Source: Planctomycetota bacterium
GTDB taxonomy: Bacteria > Planctomycetota > JAJSAM01 > JAJVHW01
Assembly: GCA_965248445.1 (NCBI GenBank)
Contig: CBDFJG010000003.1
Span: 1,088,001-1,152,000, forward strand
DNA length: 64,000 bases
Direction of reading: 5' to 3'
Under the pieces are notes generated by a model. The model did no database searches, had not been told where the DNA came from, and saw only the letters and a list, made by a program, of their open reading frames with translations. Positions 40,051 to 49,198 of this stretch are shown here, one piece after another (position 1 is the first letter of the stretch; the number at the start of each line of letters is the position of its first letter). The translations under genes and the position numbers were made by a program.

Positions 40051-40873
40051 TCCCAGGCTCCGCGGCGCGAAATCTGCTGGAGTCCGCGGTAGACCTCGCC
40101 GGCCGATGGTTCGGCGCTGACGATGCGCTCGAAGCCGCGGGGATCGACGACTCGGATCAGTTGTTGCGCCTCGAGCGCGCGCACGCTGCGTTCAACTTCG
40201 CCAAAGCCGAGGGCGCGTTCCAGAGCGGCCTGGATGCACTCGGCGACATGTTCGAGGGCATGACGCCCTTGGAGATGGGCGTCTACACGGTCGGGGCACT
40301 GGTCATCGCTGTACTTGGCGGGGCGGCGGTGGCGGGCGGACTCTCCGTCGCCGCCGCGGTGAGTGCAACCGGGGCGACCTTCTGGGGGGCGGCGTTGGCT
40401 GTCGGGACCGGTGTGGCCGTTGGCGCCGCGACGGCAATCGCAGAGGAGGCGCTCTGGCAGACGCTGAAGCACGACTCGATTACCCCGAGCGACTGGGACG
40501 ATGGATCCATAACTCGAGCTGCCATCGCTGGCGGCGTGCGGCGTGCTGGGTGGTGTGCTCGGCCCGTTCGCGTCGAAGGCATCGGGCATCACGGCGGGTA
40601 CGTTCGAAGAGGGCGTCTCACGGTACTATCAGCGTCTCGGGACGATCGTGAGGCGCGGTGACGCCGTAGCCGATCAGACGACTCGCTATCTGAAGCAGGG
40701 CTACTCCCAGCGCGCTGCCGAGAGGCTCGCTACCCCCTACACGCGGCCAGGACATCACTTCGTTCACAGCGCCTACATCAAGAAGGTCCTCATCCCGAGG
40801 TACGGCCCAGAGTCGCTGCGCGGGCGGCTCTTGAGTCGATACGTCGACAGCGCCTGGAACCTGAAGACGCTAG
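39902..40873 (+). pseudogene. Fragment of a polymorphic-toxin-like gene (Gly/Ala hydrophobic region plus basic His-His tip)
   Basis: Long G/A/V-rich helices, then YLKQGYS..ATPY..GHHF. A 7-bp duplication at 40531-40544 frameshifts it and IS copy 5 cuts it at CTAG. Family call is by resemblance only. Confidence 0.5.
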
Positions 40874-42542
40874 CCGCATCTGTTCACGAGACGTCGCGAT
40901 GACGGTGCTTTCGGAGTCCACAGGGTCAGATCTTGGCCAGGCGAGGGCGGATGCTGTCGTCGTTGCCACAAGGGCAACGCGAGTGAGCGGCCGAAACGGC
41001 GCGGATTCTGCGGTGTGGGCAGACCGTAGGCCGGGCGGTGGTGTGGCGGACGGCGCGGCGGGACGTCAGGTCGGCTTCGGGGATGCCAGCAGTCGTTGCG
41101 CGCAGCGCTCGAAGACGTGCTGCCAGGGCCACGACGAGGACATCGAGACCCAGATCCGGCGCGTCGTGATCCGCACGAGCGCGCCGATCTTGAGCAGCCG
41201 CAGGCGGATCGTGCCGGCTTGCGCACGCGCCATCTCGGTGCCGGCGAGACCGATGCGTCGCAGCGCACAGGTCAGGACGTAGGCCATGGCCGACATGGCC
41301 ATCCGCACGGCGTTGCCCTGCATCGTGTGCACCGACAGACGGGTGCCGAAGAGCTCGAGCTGCTGCTCCTTGATGCGATTCTCCGCCTCGCCCCGGGCGC
41401 AGTAGAGCTGCTCGTAGAGACGCTTGCTGCTCCAGCTACGAGGCGGCAGATTGGTCACCACGAAGCGGGGATTGCGCTTGCCGCCCGGCAGGTGCTCGGC
41501 CTTGGCGACCACGCGACGCCTCTGGCTCCAGCTCCCCAGCGTGGTCCAGGCAAAGTCGCGAAAGACCCGGGCTGCTCGGCCGGTCTGCACGGCACGGGCT
41601 GCGGCCTCATCGAGCGCGTCTTCGACGTGTCGCTCAAGGCGCTCATTGCGCGCCATGCCCAGCAGGTAGAAGTGGCCGGCGGCCTCGCACCAGGCCATCA
41701 GCTCCTCGCGGCAAAAGCCCGAGTCTGCGCGCACGAGCACCTTGGCCCGGGGCCAGCGGCGCCGCAGACGTAAGACCAGCGCACGGAGCTCGTCCACGAC
41801 TCCGCGCGCGGGATCTCTGTCAGCGGTCTGGAGCCGAGCGAGCAAGAGGTGCTCGCCGCAGAAGACGTACAGCGGCAGGTAGCAGTAGTGCCCGTAGTAG
41901 CCGTGGAAGAAGCGGCCCTCCTGCCGGCCGTGCAGCCGCACGTCGGAGTGGTCCAGGTCCAGCACGAGCAGGCCCGGATCCTCCGGCCCCATGGCCTCGC
42001 AGAAGACGTCGCTGAGCACGCTGTCCACGCGCTCCTGGTCCATCTCGATCTTGGCGTAGCGCGTCTGTGCCGTGGCGCCGAGCTGCGTGGTCTCGAGCCG
42101 CGAGAGCGTCGGGTGCGTGGCCAGAGCACCCTCGCGCTTGCCGCACGCCGCGGCAAACAGCGGGTCCTTGCCGACATGGTCGTGGTCCACCAGATCCTCG
42201 TAGCCCGCGCACAGCCCGAAGACCCGCTGACGCAGCATCTGGCCGACCGTGTGCTCGACCCGACGCGGGTCCCGGTGGTCCCCGAAGCAGCGCGCAAACC
42301 GCGAGAGCAGATCGATGCGACGATCGGTCCGCTCGAGCAGCAGCACGCCCCCGTCGCTCGTCACGGTACCGGCGTCGAAGCGCGTCACCGCGGTGCGTCC
42401 ACAGATGCCCGCGAAGAGGGTCCCCTGCGGGCTACAGTCTGTCGTCATCGGGCCGGCGCTCCTGTCGGTGCAAGTACTAGCGAGTACGAGCACTTAGACA
42501 GACGACGGCCCGCTCAGATTCCCGGCTGGTGAACGATTCGGG
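40874..42542 (-). mobile_element. IS1380-family element, copy 5
   Basis: Full length, CTAG on both sides, allele ERTDRR. Confidence 0.95.
41066..42448 (-). CDS. IS1380-family DDE transposase
   Basis: Identical protein to copy 2. Confidence 0.95.
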   Translation of the reverse strand: MTTDCSPQGTLFAGICGRTAVTRFDAGTVTSDGGVLLLERTDRRIDLLSRFARCFGDHRDPRRVEHTVGQMLRQRVFGLCAGYEDLVDHDHVGKDPLFAAACGKREGALATHPTLSRLETTQLGATAQTRYAKIEMDQERVDSVLSDVFCEAMGPEDPGLLVLDLDHSDVRLHGRQEGRFFHGYYGHYCYLPLYVFCGEHLLLARLQTADRDPARGVVDELRALVLRLRRRWPRAKVLVRADSGFCREELMAWCEAAGHFYLLGMARNERLERHVEDALDEAAARAVQTGRAARVFRDFAWTTLGSWSQRRRVVAKAEHLPGGKRNPRFVVTNLPPRSWSSKRLYEQLYCARGEAENRIKEQQLELFGTRLSVHTMQGNAVRMAMSAMAYVLTCALRRIGLAGTEMARAQAGTIRLRLLKIGALVRITTRRIWVSMSSSWPWQHVFERCAQRLLASPKPT

Positions 42543-42552
42543 CTAGTCCGGT

Positions 42553-43914
42553 TCAGACTGTTCGAAAACGAAGGGGTCGCCCGCTGGGCGGCCCCTTCTC
42601 TTCGTGGGCGTCGTAGACGACGCGGCCGCGAACCACCGTCGTCACCGGCCAGCCGGCGAGCGACGTGCCCTCGTAGGGACTGTACGCGGCGCGGGAACGC
42701 AACCACGCGGCCTGCAGCGGCCCGGTCTCACCCTCGTCGACCAGCACGAGGTCGCCGTCGTGGCCAGGTGTGAGGAAGCCCTTGCCCTCGATCCCGTACG
42801 CGCGAGCCGGACCCTCGCACGTGACGCGCACGACGTCCGCGAGCGTCAGCCACCCGTCCCGCACGGCGGTCAGGAGCAGCGGGAGGATCGTCTGCACGCC
42901 CGGGATGCCGGACGGTGAGTGCGGATACGGCTGCGCCTTCTCTTTCCGGGTGTGGGGCGCGTGGTCGCTGCCGATACACGTGAGCGTTCCGTCGACCAGA
43001 GCCTGTCGAAGACTGTCACGATGCCGGGCGTCGCGGACCGGCGGGTTCATTTGCGCCAGGGATCCGAACCGCTCGTAGCAATCCGGTGCGGTCAGGAAGA
43101 GGTGGTTTGGCGTCGTCTCCGCCGTCACCAGTTCGCCGAGATCGCGCTCGCGCAGAAGCGCGATCTCCTCCGCAGTGCTGACGTGCAGGAGGTGCACGGG
43201 TCGCCGCGTCTTCTCGACGAGGTCGAGCAGACGCGTCGTCGCGCGCAGGGCGCACTCGACGTCGCGCACGTCAGGGTGCGCGGTGACCGGAGTGCCCTCC
43301 ACGATCGCAGCGTAGCGCTCGCGCAGGCGCGGCTCGTGCTCGGAGTGGACCGCGACCCGCCGGTCGCCGGATCGCAGGACGCGCTCGAGCGTCTCGTCGT
43401 CCGCCACGAGCAGTGTTCCGGTGGAGGAGCCCATGAACACCTTCACGCCCGCGCAACCGGGCGCGCGCTCCCACTCACCGAGTCGCTCTGCGTTCCCCTC
43501 CGTCGCACCGAGGAAGAACGCGTGGTCGCACCACGCGCGCCCGGCGGCCAGTGCGAACTTCTCGTCGAGCCGCTCGGGATCCGTGGTGGGTGGCTTCGTG
43601 TTCGGCATCTCCATGACCGACGTCACGCCGCCCGCAACGGCGGCGAGAGTGCCCGACGCGAGGTCCTCCTTGTGCGTCATGCCCGGCTCGCGAAAGTGCA
43701 CCTGAGGATCGATCAGGCCGGGGAGCACCAGCCGGCCCGCCGCGTCCAGGACCGTCTCGCCCGGCCGCGGGGTCAGCGTGCGCCCCACCGCGCGAACCCG
43801 CCCGCGCTCGATCCGCACGTCGGCAGGCACCGGGATACCGGGGGCTCCCGGGCCAGCGGTCGGGGCGACACGGCCCCCGGTCACCAGGAGGTCGTCGCCG
43901 TGTGGATCGGGCAT
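42553..43914 (-). CDS. pyrC: Dihydroorotase
   Basis: PGLIDPQVHFREPG..HKED, EMPNT.P, KVFMGSSTG, HLLHVST, QMNPPVR, GSDHAPH, SPSGIPGVQT. Confidence 0.92.
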   Translation of the reverse strand: MPDPHGDDLLVTGGRVAPTAGPGAPGIPVPADVRIERGRVRAVGRTLTPRPGETVLDAAGRLVLPGLIDPQVHFREPGMTHKEDLASGTLAAVAGGVTSVMEMPNTKPPTTDPERLDEKFALAAGRAWCDHAFFLGATEGNAERLGEWERAPGCAGVKVFMGSSTGTLLVADDETLERVLRSGDRRVAVHSEHEPRLRERYAAIVEGTPVTAHPDVRDVECALRATTRLLDLVEKTRRPVHLLHVSTAEEIALLRERDLGELVTAETTPNHLFLTAPDCYERFGSLAQMNPPVRDARHRDSLRQALVDGTLTCIGSDHAPHTRKEKAQPYPHSPSGIPGVQTILPLLLTAVRDGWLTLADVVRVTCEGPARAYGIEGKGFLTPGHDGDLVLVDEGETGPLQAAWLRSRAAYSPYEGTSLAGWPVTTVVRGRVVYDAHEEKGPPSGRPLRFRTV

Positions 43915-43996
43915 GCCGCGATTGTGCGCGACGGGACCGGCCCCGGCGGAGAGGATCGGGCGCGGGTGGCCGGAACGCCACGCCGGGAGGAGCCCC

Positions 43997-44470
43997 GTGG
44001 GCCGGATCTACGACGAGATGACCAAGTTCCTGGAGAGCGAGAAGCTGGTCTTCCAGCCTTTCCCGGAACGTGGGTATGCGGCGCTCCACTTCACGGGCAC
44101 GCGGGTCAGCTGGCGGTGTTTCGCCGTCGCGAACGACGAGCTCGAGGTGTTCAAGCTCCTCGTCCAGCTCCCCGAGCGCGTGCCCGGCGATCAGCGGGCC
44201 CCGATGGCCGAGTTCATCACCCGCGCCAACTTCGGCCTGAACGTCGGTGCGTTCGAGATGGACATGTCCGACGGCGAGCTCCGATTCCGCGTCGGCGTGG
44301 ACCTGGAGAACACCGCCGACTGCGCGCCGCTCCTCCGGCAGTGTCTGGCGGCGGGTCTCACGACCGCCGAACGGTACTACCCGGGGTTCATGTCCATCCT
44401 GCACGCGGACGCACACCCGCGTGACGCGATCGCAGAGGTCGAGGGCAGCGAGGTCGAGTCGGCTACCTAG
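43997..44470 (+). CDS. YbjN-domain protein
   Basis: VP..QR..MAEFITRANFGL.VG.FEMD..DGELRFR. GTG follows GGAGGAG. Confidence 0.85.
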   Translation: MGRIYDEMTKFLESEKLVFQPFPERGYAALHFTGTRVSWRCFAVANDELEVFKLLVQLPERVPGDQRAPMAEFITRANFGLNVGAFEMDMSDGELRFRVGVDLENTADCAPLLRQCLAAGLTTAERYYPGFMSILHADAHPRDAIAEVEGSEVESAT

Positions 44471-44488
44471 CCCGTGTCGTTCACGGGG

Positions 44489-45202
44489 CTAGTCCGAGGC
44501 CTTCTTGTCGTACTTCACGGAGCAGCCGTAGGGCTTCGTCTCGGTGTGCGGCGCGGGCTCTCCGGCCAACATGGCGTCAAGCACTTCGGTGACATAGTTG
44601 GTAGCCCGCGGGATGTCGGCGGGATCCGCACTCTTGATGCTGTCGATCGCGCCCTCGTAGGCCACCCGGCCGCCCGTGTCGATCACGAACATGTGCGGCG
44701 TGGTGCGTGCGTCGTACAGGCGGCCCACGTCACCGGCGGGGTCGAGCAGCACGGCGGTCTCCGCCGACGCGTGCTTCTCGTGCGCGACGATCCACTTGTC
44801 GGCCGACATGTGGCCCTGCTTACCCGGCGCCGACGAGCAGATCGAGAGCCAGACGACGTCCTGCGCCGTGTACTTCTCCTGCATCGATTGCATGTTGCTC
44901 GACTTGTAGTGCTTCTTGACGAAGGGGCAACCGTGGTTGATCCACTCGAGCACGACGATCTTCCCGCGGTAGTCGAAGAGCGAGTGCTCCTTGCCCGTCG
45001 CATCCGGCAACGTGAAGTTCGGCGCGCCGCCTTCGACCGGCTGAGGGTTGACCAACGGCTCCACGTCCATCTCGGGTTCCTGCGCGATGGGCCCCATCGC
45101 GCCAGCATCCACCACAGGCGGCGAGTTCGTGGGGGCCGCGTCCTCCGCAGTGCAGGCGGCGAGCAAAAGCGGCGCCATGGCGAGCATGATCAGGTTCTTC
45201 AT
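44489..45202 (-). CDS. Redoxin (AhpC/TSA-like) lipoprotein
   Basis: Lipobox LAAC, APNFTL.D, VVLEW.N.GCPFV.KHY, YDARTTPHMFVID, PYGCSVKY. Confidence 0.9.
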   Translation of the reverse strand: MKNLIMLAMAPLLLAACTAEDAAPTNSPPVVDAGAMGPIAQEPEMDVEPLVNPQPVEGGAPNFTLPDATGKEHSLFDYRGKIVVLEWINHGCPFVKKHYKSSNMQSMQEKYTAQDVVWLSICSSAPGKQGHMSADKWIVAHEKHASAETAVLLDPAGDVGRLYDARTTPHMFVIDTGGRVAYEGAIDSIKSADPADIPRATNYVTEVLDAMLAGEPAPHTETKPYGCSVKYDKKASD

Positions 45203-46053
45203 CGTTCGTGTCCCTCGTCATCAGTCGTGACGGCCACCTTCACGCGATATGCGATCGTCGTGCCGTCGTGGGTGATCGTGAGCAGGCCGGTCAGCTCGGT
45301 GTCCCGGTGCCGCTTGCGCAGCTTCAGCACCAGCGAGCGGCGGTCCGCTGCGAGCGTGGGGCGAGCGTACGTGACCCACGACTCGTCAGCCGGGAAGAAG
45401 TCCGTCACTGCGCCCTCGGGCACGGTCAGTCCGGCGACCACGAGATCCAGCACGAGCGTGTCGTCCACCCGTCGTGCGGCCGCCGGCTTCGGCAGCGGCA
45501 GCGGGAGTGCGGCCCGGTGCCGTGTGAGCGCTTCCTTCTCGGTCGCGCGGGGAAGGGTCGTTGCGCCGACGGTGAACGACGCCGTCACGCGTCCGTTGCC
45601 GTCGATGCACTGCTCCTCGTTGCACGCGAGCCACGTGACCTTCGCCCCCATCTCGACGTCGCCAGCCGGCGCGTCCTTCGGGACGCTCACCACCGCCGAG
45701 AGAAGAACGTCGCCCTCGTACCCGATGGTCACTAAGTGCGCGACAGGGATGCGCTGCGGCGTGGGGAAACGAACCGGCCCGATCTCGTACCCGTCCGGCA
45801 GGTCGAACGTGATGGTCGGCGGCAGTCCCGCATCACCGGCGTTCTCCCAGTAGACGTGCCAGCCGGGCGCCATCGTGAAACGCACCGCGACGACCGTCTT
45901 AGATCCCGGTCGCACGCTCTCGTGCTCCGTCGCGAGTCCGAGCGTCACAGGTGACTGCTCGATTCCGCCCGCGCGTGACACGTCATCGTCACCGGCAATG
46001 GCCGGGATACCTGACACGAGGAGGGCGAGGGCCACGACGAGGGGGCGCACCAC
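45199..46053 (-). CDS. DsbD N-terminal (DsbC-like) domain protein
   Basis: PGWHVYWENAGDAGLP, FPTP, GYEG, WLAC.EEQCI. Coupled to the redoxin. Start approximate. Confidence 0.85.
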   Translation of the reverse strand: MVRPLVVALALLVSGIPAIAGDDDVSRAGGIEQSPVTLGLATEHESVRPGSKTVVAVRFTMAPGWHVYWENAGDAGLPPTITFDLPDGYEIGPVRFPTPQRIPVAHLVTIGYEGDVLLSAVVSVPKDAPAGDVEMGAKVTWLACNEEQCIDGNGRVTASFTVGATTLPRATEKEALTRHRAALPLPLPKPAAARRVDDTLVLDLVVAGLTVPEGAVTDFFPADESWVTYARPTLAADRRSLVLKLRKRHRDTELTGLLTITHDGTTIAYRVKVAVTTDDEGHER

Positions 46054-46201
46054 TATCGAACGCGCCCGGACGCGCGCGGGTTTCCCGAGCCTCGGAGCCG
46101 TCCCCGGTCCTGACAGCGCAGCAACCGTGCGGTACGATCGAGATCTGGTCCGGGGCGGGCAGCCCCCGACTGGGAATCCACGAAAAGGGAGATCCGGAAC
46201 C

Positions 46202-46438
46202 ATGCGCACCATTCTGTCACTCGTCCTCCTGACGGTCGGGCTCGTCTCGCTGACGGGCTGCGCCACCAAGGCCCAGACCGGCGCTCTCATCGGAGCCGGT
46301 GTCGGCACCGCGGCCGGCGCAGCGATCGGCAAGGACACCAAGGGCGCCGCGATCGGCGGCGTGGTCGGCGCAGGCGCCGGCTACATGATCGGCAACGAAC
46401 AGGACAAAGCCGACGACCGCGCCCGCGACGGGCGCTAG
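46202..46438 (+). CDS. Glycine-zipper lipoprotein
   Basis: Lipobox LTGC and GALIGAGVG..GAAIGGVVGAGAGYMIG. The TAG stop lies within the IS target CTAG. Confidence 0.88.
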   Translation: MRTILSLVLLTVGLVSLTGCATKAQTGALIGAGVGTAAGAAIGKDTKGAAIGGVVGAGAGYMIGNEQDKADDRARDGR

Positions 46439-48107
46439 CCGCATCTGTTCACGAGACGTCGCGATGACGGTGCTTTCGGAGTCCACAGGGTCAGATCTTG
46501 GCCAGGCGAGGGCGGATGCTGTCGTCGTTGCCACAAGGGCAACGCGAGTGAGCGGCCGAAACGGCGCGGATTCTGCGGTGTGGGCAGACCGTAGGCCGGG
46601 CGGTGGTGTGGCGGACGGCGCGGCGGGACGTCAGGTCGGCTTCGGGGATGCCAGCAGTCGTTGCGCGCAGCGCTCGAAGACGTGCTGCCAGGGCCACGAC
46701 GAGGACATCGAGACCCAGATCCGGCGCGTCGTGATCCGCACGAGCGCGCCGATCTTGAGCAGCCGCAGGCGGATCGTGCCGGCTTGCGCACGCGCCATCT
46801 CGGTGCCGGCGAGACCGATGCGTCGCAGCGCACAGGTCAGGACGTAGGCCATGGCCGACATGGCCATCCGCACGGCGTTGCCCTGCATCGTGTGCACCGA
46901 CAGACGGGTGCCGAAGAGCTCGAGCTGCTGCTCCTTGATGCGATTCTCCGCCTCGCCCCGGGCGCAGTAGAGCTGCTCGTAGAGACGCTTGCTGCTCCAG
47001 CTACGAGGCGGCAGATTGGTCACCACGAAGCGGGGATTGCGCTTGCCGCCCGGCAGGTGCTCGGCCTTGGCGACCACGCGACGCCTCTGGCTCCAGCTCC
47101 CCAGCGTGGTCCAGGCAAAGTCGCGAAAGACCCGGGCTGCTCGGCCGGTCTGCACGGCACGGGCTGCGGCCTCATCGAGCGCGTCTTCGACGTGTCGCTC
47201 AAGGCGCTCATTGCGCGCCATGCCCAGCAGGTAGAAGTGGCCGGCGGCCTCGCACCAGGCCATCAGCTCCTCGCGGCAAAAGCCCGAGTCTGCGCGCACG
47301 AGCACCTTGGCCCGGGGCCAGCGGCGCCGCAGACGTAAGACCAGCGCACGGAGCTCGTCCACGACTCCGCGCGCGGGATCTCTGTCAGCGGTCTGGAGCC
47401 GAGCGAGCAAGAGGTGCTCGCCGCAGAAGACGTACAGCGGCAGGTAGCAGTAGTGCCCGTAGTAGCCGTGGAAGAAGCGGCCCTCCTGCCGGCCGTGCAG
47501 CCGCACGTCGGAGTGGTCCAGGTCCAGCACGAGCAGGCCCGGATCCTCCGGCCCCATGGCCTCGCAGAAGACGTCGCTGAGCACGCTGTCCACGCGCTCC
47601 TGGTCCATCTCGATCTTGGCGTAGCGCGTCTGTGCCGTGGCGCCGAGCTGCGTGGTCTCGAGCCGCGAGAGCGTCGGGTGCGTGGCCAGAGCACCCTCGC
47701 GCTTGCCGCACGCCGCGGCAAACAGCGGGTCCTTGCCGACATGGTCGTGGTCCACCAGATCCTCGTAGCCCGCGCACAGCCCGAAGACCCGCTGACGCAG
47801 CATCTGGCCGACCGTGTGCTCGACCCGACGCGGGTCCCGGTGGTCCCCGAAGCAGCGCGCAAACCGCGAGAGCAGATCGATGCGACGATCGACCCGCTCG
47901 AGCAGCAGCACGCCCCCGTCGCTCGTCACGGTACCGGCGTCGAAGCGCGTCACCGCGGTGCGTCCACAGATGCCCGCGAAGAGGGTCCCCTGCGGGCTAC
48001 AGTCTGTCGTCATCGGGCCGGCGCTCCTGTCGGTGCAAGTACTGGCGCGTACGAGCACTTAGACAGACGACGGCCCGCTCAGATTCCCGGCTGGTGAACG
48101 ATTCGGG
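46439..48107 (-). mobile_element. IS1380-family element, copy 6
   Basis: Full length, CTAG on both sides. Two substitutions in the leader (GTACGCGCCAGTAC). Confidence 0.95.
46631..48013 (-). CDS. IS1380-family DDE transposase
   Basis: Identical protein to copy 1 from the ATG. Confidence 0.95.
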   Translation of the reverse strand: MTTDCSPQGTLFAGICGRTAVTRFDAGTVTSDGGVLLLERVDRRIDLLSRFARCFGDHRDPRRVEHTVGQMLRQRVFGLCAGYEDLVDHDHVGKDPLFAAACGKREGALATHPTLSRLETTQLGATAQTRYAKIEMDQERVDSVLSDVFCEAMGPEDPGLLVLDLDHSDVRLHGRQEGRFFHGYYGHYCYLPLYVFCGEHLLLARLQTADRDPARGVVDELRALVLRLRRRWPRAKVLVRADSGFCREELMAWCEAAGHFYLLGMARNERLERHVEDALDEAAARAVQTGRAARVFRDFAWTTLGSWSQRRRVVAKAEHLPGGKRNPRFVVTNLPPRSWSSKRLYEQLYCARGEAENRIKEQQLELFGTRLSVHTMQGNAVRMAMSAMAYVLTCALRRIGLAGTEMARAQAGTIRLRLLKIGALVRITTRRIWVSMSSSWPWQHVFERCAQRLLASPKPT

Positions 48108-48111
48108 CTAG

Positions 48112-49009
48112 CGGCCACTCGAACTCCGCACTCGCTCGTCGGCTCACCAAGGTGTACGACCGCATGCCGTCGGGTGGCAACGCCACGGAGCAGATCGAAG
48201 GCGCGTTGGGCGCGGCCCGGGCGCGAGTCGTGCGCCGCGACGAGGCTCTCGAGCAACTCGTGGGCGCGTCGGCCGACGAACTGCTCGGCGACGTCAAGGT
48301 GCGCGCCGGGACGTTCGTGGAGAACGTCGAACTGTCCACCCGGGTGCGGAAGGTCTATTCGTTCCATCGCGAGGTGACTCGGCTGGCGCGGCGCATCCGC
48401 CGCACCGAGAACGCGCGACGACTGCGCTCGCGACTCAGGCAACTTCGACGGACCGAACGGCGGCTGAGTTCGGCCGAGTACCAGCTGCACGTGATGGCTC
48501 CGGAGATCGTCTGCCGTACGCCGCCCGAGTCGGTACCGGAGCCGGAGCCCGATCCGGGCGAGGAGTTGCCGCCCTGCACTGGCACTCCGTTCGGCACGGA
48601 TGACGTCGCCACGGGCGCGTTCATGGTGCACATCTACGGATCAGTGGTGACCAACTTCGTGTTCGACTGTTTCGAAACCGAGTGGCTCGAACCTCGCACC
48701 GGCGAGTCGTCCCGTCTGGAACTGCGACTCATGGACCGCAACGTTCCTCTCATGATGAAGATCGTGCTGGCCGACCTCCGAGTCCGCCAGTACCCAGAGG
48801 CGGAGCACCCTCGGACGTTCGATGTCGTGCGCGCCCGCCTCGACGGCCGCGACCTGTACGTCGGCGGGCTCCACGGGTATGTCGACGTTACCGCGTTCGA
48901 TGCGGAAACCGGTCGCCTCGCGCTCACGTACAACATGCCGCGCGGCGAACACTACGCGGACTGGGGAGAGGTAGACCTGGCCGACTTCCGGATCGGTCTC
49001 GTCGAATAG
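48112..49009 (+). pseudogene. Hypothetical protein, probably 5'-truncated by IS copy 6
   Basis: The frame is open back to the CTAG (ASGHSNSALARRLTKVYDR). No RBS/start signal seen. Confidence 0.55.
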
Positions 49010-49198
49010 ACGCACCTCCTGCGGGTCCGACATGCGGTGCCAGGTTCGAGTCGTCGGCGACAACGGGTCACTCCGTTCGAGGCTCACGTCGACCCGGCGA
49101 GACCGACGAACTCGGCCTGGCACAGTTTTTCGACGTGACACCAGGCTCGGGACAGCCCTAGCGGAGGTGTGAGCGGGGGTACGGGTACGGTGGCGATC

